A DNA stretch of 13,488 nucleotides from Limisphaerales bacterium (GTDB lineage: Bacteria > Verrucomicrobiota > Verrucomicrobiia > Limisphaerales > JAJOIW01). The position numbers and the translations under genes were made by a program. This document shows positions 7,568-13,488 of this stretch, one piece after another (position 1 is the first letter of the stretch; every line of letters begins with the position of its first letter). Where the stretch lies: positions 180,118 to 193,605 of the forward strand of contig CBFHOE010000001.1 of NCBI GenBank assembly GCA_965657355.1. Reading direction: 5' to 3'. The notes beneath the pieces were generated by a model. The model was not told the origin of the DNA. It made no database searches and worked only from the letters and a program-made list of their open reading frames with translations.

Positions 7568-8887
7568 ATGATCAACCGAAGAAAATCCCTTCAACTCATC
7601 GCATCCGGTTTAGGCGCATGTCTCGGTGGGGCCTTGTTTCCGGAGTCCTTGCATGCGAAATCTAAATACTCCGGTGGTCCAAAAAGGATTATCTTCTTTT
7701 TACAGAATCAAGGATTTGACCCGGCGACCTGTATTCCCGCTGGTATGAAAACTAGTGGTTCGCTGGCTGGAGCCAAGTTGCCATTGCCAATACAAAGCCT
7801 TGAGCCATTCAAAGATAGGTTACACATCATCAATGGCCTTCATGGTCGTCATACGAGTCCTGCACACAGTGCTTTTTTTGGTGCCCTCGGCGGCTATCGT
7901 GGCAGTGATGGTGTTCCCCCTAGTGGTCCGACTATCGATTTTGAACTCAGCAAGGTTCTGCCGGAAACAATACTTCCGCATCTGTGCATAGGGATGGATT
8001 CGATGGAGAATATGTCTGCAAAGCCAACTGTAGCTAATCTTTCAGCCAGTGGGGCGGGACAACCCATATTCATGCATTCGAATCCAAACCACCTATACCA
8101 ATGTCTTTATGGAGGGATTTCTCAGGGGGAAATCCGAAAACAGCACGAGGCTCGCTCTACTTTACTTGACCGAATCGAAAACTTGGCCTCGGCCAAGGGA
8201 AAGGCTTTGCCTGACAATGAAAAGCAACGATATGGAAAATATGTTCAGGGGTTTCATGACATCAATGGGTTGAGACAGCGTTTGAGCAATGTGTCGGATC
8301 ACTTGAGACACTTTGCTCCAGAGATCGACGATCGATATACCAACCCTGAATTCGAAACGGACTGGCATGATGTTCTTTTAGATCTTGGAATCTCAGCTTT
8401 GAAATCCGGTATAACAAGCGTGCTAACTGTCGGCTCTGGCCGAGGTGAGATATTCGGTGCCTGGAAGGGGCTTGGTATAGAACAGCAAGGGCATAATTTA
8501 GGCCATATGAAGCAGCCCGATAACCCGATTTGGATAAAGATTAGACAGTATAACTGTCGCATGTTGGTTAAGTTAATGGAGGAATTGGAAAGCGTCCCGG
8601 AAGGCAGCGGTTCCATGATGGATAACACCTTGATTGTCTATACGAGTAACAATGCGAATGCTCAGCATACTAACGGAGCAACTTGGCCTATAATGCTTTT
8701 GGGTAATTGTAATGGTGCATTCAAGACCGGGAGATTTACGCAACTTGATGGGAAACGTCCTATCAACGCGCTCTACACCAGTATTTTGAAAGCTTCTGGC
8801 GTTGATGTCGATCGCTTCAATATGAGCAATAAGCTCGCTAAAAAGTATGATTCAAGTAGCGGCCCGCTAAAGGAAGTTCTTGTGTGA
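7568..8887 (+). CDS. DUF1552 (HXXSHH family) protein with predicted Tat signal, 439 aa
   Basis: MINRRKSL, hydrophobic stretch, [65 protein letters not shown]. Adjacent to its usual DUF1588-type partner. Confidence 0.85.
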   Translation: MINRRKSLQLIASGLGACLGGALFPESLHAKSKYSGGPKRIIFFLQNQGFDPATCIPAGMKTSGSLAGAKLPLPIQSLEPFKDRLHIINGLHGRHTSPAHSAFFGALGGYRGSDGVPPSGPTIDFELSKVLPETILPHLCIGMDSMENMSAKPTVANLSASGAGQPIFMHSNPNHLYQCLYGGISQGEIRKQHEARSTLLDRIENLASAKGKALPDNEKQRYGKYVQGFHDINGLRQRLSNVSDHLRHFAPEIDDRYTNPEFETDWHDVLLDLGISALKSGITSVLTVGSGRGEIFGAWKGLGIEQQGHNLGHMKQPDNPIWIKIRQYNCRMLVKLMEELESVPEGSGSMMDNTLIVYTSNNANAQHTNGATWPIMLLGNCNGAFKTGRFTQLDGKRPINALYTSILKASGVDVDRFNMSNKLAKKYDSSSGPLKEVLV

Positions 8888-11460
8888 AAAAGCGAATCAC
8901 ATTCTTAGCGCTACTAGTTGTCTTTGTTAACTCATTCATTATTAGTGTCGGGGTGGGAGAGAGCTACTTTCCTGCTCAGGCTCCTTCGGGAGAATTTGAG
9001 GGCTTTGCCCAAGGGTTTCTTCAGGAGCATTGCTTGGATTGTCATGACAATGAAACAGCTAAGGGCAATCTCTCATTAGAGGACCTTGGTTCTGTTGATG
9101 AAACCAATGCGGGTATTTGGAAATCTATCTGGGCGCAATTAGCATTGCAAGAAATGCCGCCTCCAAAAAAGTCCAGGCTTCAGATTGTCGAGAGACTTCG
9201 TTTTTCTGATTGGGTGGTCAACCAGCTACAACATACCATGAAAAACAAAGGAGGGTTTGAAGCTCACCGCGACCCTTCAAAAGCGAATTTTATAAATCAC
9301 GATCTACTTTTTGGGGATCTTCCTGACGATATTCATCTGACGCCTAGTTCTTCGCCAGCTCGAATTTGGAGGCTGACTCCTCAAGAATACATCACGCGCT
9401 TAAATGAATTAATAAACACTGAGCCTCAATTCGACCCCAAAAAACCTGGTCTCCGTGCGCGAGGTGATGTTGTTCCGACCAACCATGGCGGAGAGCTTAA
9501 ACTCTATTTCGGAACCGATCGAATCATTAAGTGGCAGGGGGGGACTGTCGCTTATGCTACTTCCGTAAAGAGTATTCCTGCAGTGCTTTCTTCCAATCGT
9601 AAACGCGGGTTCAAGAATTATCCAAATTTTTATTCTATTAACAGCGCTGAATCCAACCAGATTTTAGCAAAGGCCGAGAGCATATTGAGATACATGGCAT
9701 TTGGGCCTCTGAGTATAGCTAATCCGGAGCAGATTACAGATGATCCCAAAACCTATAAAACTGTTGGTGATTTGCGGGGGCTTCCCACCGCTTTGGTATA
9801 CAGCACAAAGATTGTTCGCCCACTGACTCCCGTCTACGATTTGATGAAGAAACCCGATTGTCCAGATGACAGGCTAAAATCTGCTGTTGATTATTTATTC
9901 GAAGCCTTAACTTTTCGTCCACCTACTGAATCAGAGTCACGCGATTATATTTCACTTGTTGAGGATACAATAAAAGAGCTAGGAAAAGAGCAGGGTGTGA
10001 TTATGGGCTTATCAGCTATTTTTTTAGATAGAGATGCTCTTTTTCGGCCTGAATTGGCTGATGGGGGGCGCCCTGATAATTACGGCCGCGTCATGCTTCA
10101 GGATTGGGAGTTGGGTCTAGCTGTTAACCATGCCCTCAGATACATCAAACCCGATACGACACTTCGTCGAGCGATTCTGGATGGAAGAATGAAATCAAGG
10201 GAGGATGTGAAACGTGAGGTGCTTAGGATACTCGATGACGACACTATCCGGAAACCTCGCATTCTTAGGTTCTTTCGTGATTATTTTGATTATGATTTAG
10301 CTGGGTATATTTGCAAAGATGATGGAGCTCTTGCCAGCGCTGGGATTTCTGCAAGAGGGAATTCACATTATCGGGCAATGTTTGATGCTGTTGCCAGTAC
10401 TGATCGATTGATAGAACTCATACTCAAAGAGGATAAAAATGTCCTAAGAGAATTACTGACAACCCAAAAAGTTGTGGCGACAGATAACGACAAAACATAT
10501 TTCGGTCGTAAAAATTCCCCTCAAGAAAAACGAGACGCAATAATTCAGAGGAAAAAAGACCAGGAGGCAGCGAAGAAAAAAGATATCGATAATAGAGACC
10601 TTTTATCCGTTGAGATCGCTAAGCTGGAATCTGAAATAAATAAGTCGCCCGGACAACCTCGCCTAAAAAAGACTTTGGACCAAAAAAAGCGACAATTAAG
10701 TGCTATTGAAAAAAGACTCAAAAGATCAAATAGCAAGCGTGGTAACAATACCAATGTCGATGTCAAATTAGCCGACTTAAATGGCTCGAAAATTTATGCG
10801 AGAGTCAGTCGCCGGTCTTTTGGCAATGGTTCAATGCGACCAGAACGTATCTTAGCCACGGCTCCAGCTGAGCAAAGAATGGGAGTCCTGACGCATCCTG
10901 CGTGGCTTGTATCTCATTCTGATGCGATGGGAAACCATGCCATTCACCGTGGGAAATGGATCCGTGAACGACTTCTCGGTGGGGGTATTCCAGATGTTCC
11001 AATCACAGTAGATGCCATGCTACCTGATGAACCAGGAACGACACTTCGGCATCGGATGCGCGTCACTCGTGAAGAATACTGTTGGACTTGTCATGAAAAA
11101 ATGGACCCTCTTGGGCTCGCCTTCGAGATATATAATCATGCTGGAATTTTCCGAACTACAGAATTAGGTAAACCTGTCATTTCAACTGGCGAGATAATTG
11201 ATTCGGGTGATCCTGAGTTGGACGGCCCTGTTAAGGATGCCATTGAAATGATTGAAAAACTTGCCTCCAGCAAAAGAGTGGAACAAGTTTTTGTGCGGCA
11301 CGCATTCAGGTTTTGGATGGGGCGCAACGAAACACTCAATGATGCTCCAATCCTACAAGCTGCGCATAAAGCCTACCGTGATAGCGGAGGAAGTTTTCGC
11401 GCACTGCTTGTTTCATTGTTAACCTCAGACGCCTTTATTTTCCGACAGGTGGGCAATTGA
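8884..11460 (+). CDS. Planctomycete-type cytochrome c / DUF1588-DUF1585-type protein with two CxxCH motifs, 858 aa
   Basis: Signal peptide; CLDCH (nt 9031-9045) followed by KGNLSLE...[23 protein letters not shown]...[29 protein letters not shown] (nt 11080 onward); C-terminal [12 protein letters not shown]...LLTSDAF. The GTG start overlaps the upstream TGA (GTGA, 8884-8887). Confidence 0.88.
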   Translation: MKKRITFLALLVVFVNSFIISVGVGESYFPAQAPSGEFEGFAQGFLQEHCLDCHDNETAKGNLSLEDLGSVDETNAGIWKSIWAQLALQEMPPPKKSRLQIVERLRFSDWVVNQLQHTMKNKGGFEAHRDPSKANFINHDLLFGDLPDDIHLTPSSSPARIWRLTPQEYITRLNELINTEPQFDPKKPGLRARGDVVPTNHGGELKLYFGTDRIIKWQGGTVAYATSVKSIPAVLSSNRKRGFKNYPNFYSINSAESNQILAKAESILRYMAFGPLSIANPEQITDDPKTYKTVGDLRGLPTALVYSTKIVRPLTPVYDLMKKPDCPDDRLKSAVDYLFEALTFRPPTESESRDYISLVEDTIKELGKEQGVIMGLSAIFLDRDALFRPELADGGRPDNYGRVMLQDWELGLAVNHALRYIKPDTTLRRAILDGRMKSREDVKREVLRILDDDTIRKPRILRFFRDYFDYDLAGYICKDDGALASAGISARGNSHYRAMFDAVASTDRLIELILKEDKNVLRELLTTQKVVATDNDKTYFGRKNSPQEKRDAIIQRKKDQEAAKKKDIDNRDLLSVEIAKLESEINKSPGQPRLKKTLDQKKRQLSAIEKRLKRSNSKRGNNTNVDVKLADLNGSKIYARVSRRSFGNGSMRPERILATAPAEQRMGVLTHPAWLVSHSDAMGNHAIHRGKWIRERLLGGGIPDVPITVDAMLPDEPGTTLRHRMRVTREEYCWTCHEKMDPLGLAFEIYNHAGIFRTTELGKPVISTGEIIDSGDPELDGPVKDAIEMIEKLASSKRVEQVFVRHAFRFWMGRNETLNDAPILQAAHKAYRDSGGSFRALLVSLLTSDAFIFRQVGN

Positions 11461-11585
11461 TACCTTCTACCTTATACTAATTTTTTTAATTTTCGATATT
11501 TCCAAAGTCTATTTCTAGCGAGCAGCAGCTTCTGTGCCGAATATTCTTGGAAGTCATTTTGATGCAAAGTATACTCTTTCTGCAA

Positions 11586-13076
11586 ATGGCTCAGGGTCTA
11601 TCGCTATCGACAAGTTTAGGACTTCAACAAAAGCTGTCTCCGCAGATGCAGCAGTCGCTAGCCTTGTTACAAGCTACCAACCTTGAGCTTGATTCCCTAA
11701 TTGAGAAAGAGCTCCAGGAAAATCCACTTTTGGAACAGGCTCGTCCAAACGACGCCAAGGAAATGGAAAAATTGAGAGATAAGCTGGATGCGGCAGAACC
11801 TCCCAACGATGTGAAGTTGGATCCGACCAAAGAGATGGAGAAAGGGGATACTGTTGATGATTTTCAGGCGGCTATGGAAAAATTCGCAGAGATAAGCGAA
11901 GACTTTCGCGAGCATTTCACTGGTGGGCACACACCTTTTAAAGAGTCTTCAGGTGATGATGACGAGCGGCGTCAGTTTATGCTTGATTCCATTGTCAAAG
12001 AAACGACGTTGCATGATGAATTACTCGAGCAATTGAGATTATGCGATTTTTCAGACGAACTAATGGATGTGGCGCAGGTGGTCGTTGGCTACATTTCCGA
12101 TGCTGGATATTTGACAGCGAGTATAGAAGAAATCGCTGTTACCTGTAATTTTGATTGGGAATTGGTCGATGAATGCGTCGACACTATTCAGGGGCTTGAT
12201 CCGCCCGGGGTTGGAGCCAGAGACCTGAGAGAATGCCTCCTTATTCAGCTCCACAGAGCTAAAAAAATCGGGAGCCTCGAATATAAAATTGTCGACAAAT
12301 TTCTGGAATATTTAGCCAGAAGAAAATTTCCAGAAATCGCCAAGGCACTCAACGTTTCTGTCATCGACGTCCAACACGCTGCCAACATGATTTCAAATTT
12401 AGAATATAATCCTGGTAGGCATTTTGGATCCATAAACCATCAAATAGTAACCCCGGAGGTTTTCGTAGAATACGATGAAAAAGAAGACAAATACATCGTC
12501 ACTTCCAATAGAGAACAGCAACCTCAACTGAGAATAAACAGGGAGTATAAAGACCTTGTAGCGCGAGGAAATCTTTCTGATGCGGATAAAAAATACCTTA
12601 CCAACAAAATTTCTACCGGGAATAACTTCATTAAAAGTATTCAGCAGCGGCGTGATACTATTTTGAAGATTGGAAAAGAAATAGTTAAGTGCCAAAGGGA
12701 ATTTTTTGATCATGGGCTGAGTCATTTAAAGCCAATGACCATGGCTCAAGTTGCCGATGTGGTAGAGGTCCACGAGACGACCGTTAGCCGCACCGTTAAT
12801 GGAAAGTTTATGCAGACACCCAGAGGAGTAATTGAGATGCGATTCTTTTTCTCATCTGGAATTCAAAAGGGTGACGACGGTAATATATCAAATGTTTATG
12901 TCAAAGACATGATTCAAGATTTGGTTAAACAAGAAAACCCCTCTAAACCCCTCTCAGATGATGCTATTGTTAAAATTCTCAAAGAGCAAAAATCCATAAA
13001 ATTAGCTCGAAGAACAGTAGCTAAATACAGAGGAGAACTCGGTATACTCCCGTCATTTCAGAGGAAAAAATTCTGA
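11586..13076 (+). CDS. rpoN: RNA polymerase sigma-54 factor
   Basis: Region I LQQKLSPQMQQSLALLQ, ENPLLE, DPPGVGARDLRECL, LKPMTMAQVA, VHETTVSR, and the RpoN box ARRTVAKYR. ATG 11586 (MAQGL...) fits region I better than TTG 11547. Confidence 0.97.
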   Translation: MAQGLSLSTSLGLQQKLSPQMQQSLALLQATNLELDSLIEKELQENPLLEQARPNDAKEMEKLRDKLDAAEPPNDVKLDPTKEMEKGDTVDDFQAAMEKFAEISEDFREHFTGGHTPFKESSGDDDERRQFMLDSIVKETTLHDELLEQLRLCDFSDELMDVAQVVVGYISDAGYLTASIEEIAVTCNFDWELVDECVDTIQGLDPPGVGARDLRECLLIQLHRAKKIGSLEYKIVDKFLEYLARRKFPEIAKALNVSVIDVQHAANMISNLEYNPGRHFGSINHQIVTPEVFVEYDEKEDKYIVTSNREQQPQLRINREYKDLVARGNLSDADKKYLTNKISTGNNFIKSIQQRRDTILKIGKEIVKCQREFFDHGLSHLKPMTMAQVADVVEVHETTVSRTVNGKFMQTPRGVIEMRFFFSSGIQKGDDGNISNVYVKDMIQDLVKQENPSKPLSDDAIVKILKEQKSIKLARRTVAKYRGELGILPSFQRKKF

Positions 13077-13109
13077 TATCCTCCTTGGCCTGAATCTATT
13101 TTCCTCACG

Positions 13110-13141
13110 GTTTCGCGGCATTGTCGCAACGGCATCTTTTT
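13110..13141 (+). terminator. Possible weak intrinsic terminator of rpoN
   Basis: GTT-tc-GCGGC-att-GTCGC-AAC hairpin (one G:U, 2-nt bulge), then TTTTT at 13137-13141, about 35 nt after the rpoN stop. The U-tract is separated from the stem by 6 nt. Confidence 0.3.
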
Positions 13142-13488
13142 AAACGTATTTATGTCATCCCTTAAAAAGTCATGAGAACACCTTCACGGATGAATTTAAG
13201 CTCATTTTTGAATGTAAAAATTATCATACAAAGCTAATGATTATTGTCAGTCAACTTAAGTTTTGGAGGAATCCATGTGTGGTGGAAAATGTATGACGCA
13301 GACTGAGCTACTTGTGCTGATGATCTTTTTTTGTTTGGAGCTTTTAGGACATGGACCAGGTTTTTTCTCTCAGTCCGCTGCTTAAATTGTTGGCCGTGTT
13401 GAAATAACTCGCAAGGGAACTGAAGCAATAGTCATCGACAAAAAAACATACAGCCGTTGAGTATAAATTCGTACGAAATCTTCTGGCA

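Noticed and set aside
1401..12725. Other 60-110 aa ORFs in the track nested in or overlapping the main genes
   Set aside because: They overlap confidently assigned genes in other frames or strands and show no family motifs.
13234..13488. 64-aa minus-strand ORF and possible 3' end of a gene entering from the right
   Set aside because: TTG start with an in-frame TGA two codons upstream; the other two minus frames give short unrecognisable peptides. It cannot be called without more sequence.
1..13488. CRISPR arrays, tandem repeats, IS elements, tRNA/rRNA, defence or phage genes
   Set aside because: By eye I found no regularly spaced repeats, no transposase, integrase, nuclease or RT motifs, and no tRNA or rRNA signatures.

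Overview
Bacterial DNA of moderately low GC. The gene families (H-X9-DG prepilin-like protein, ThuA, tandem DUF1080, DUF1552 plus DUF1588-type cytochrome) point to the PVC superphylum, most likely Verrucomicrobiota; this is an inference. In order, the window holds: the 3' end of a prepilin-type H-X9-DG protein (+); a 510-bp gap between convergent genes; four minus-strand genes (ApnL-like lactonase, RluA pseudouridine synthase, secreted ThuA-domain protein, Gfo/Idh/MocA oxidoreductase); and four plus-strand genes diverging from them (secreted two-domain DUF1080, Tat-exported DUF1552, translationally coupled two-CxxCH DUF1588-type cytochrome c, rpoN). I saw no rRNA, tRNA, CRISPR array or mobile element. 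The best leads are a possible oxidative sugar-catabolic neighbourhood and the functionally unknown DUF1552/cytochrome pair. Family calls come from motif recognition only, not database searches.
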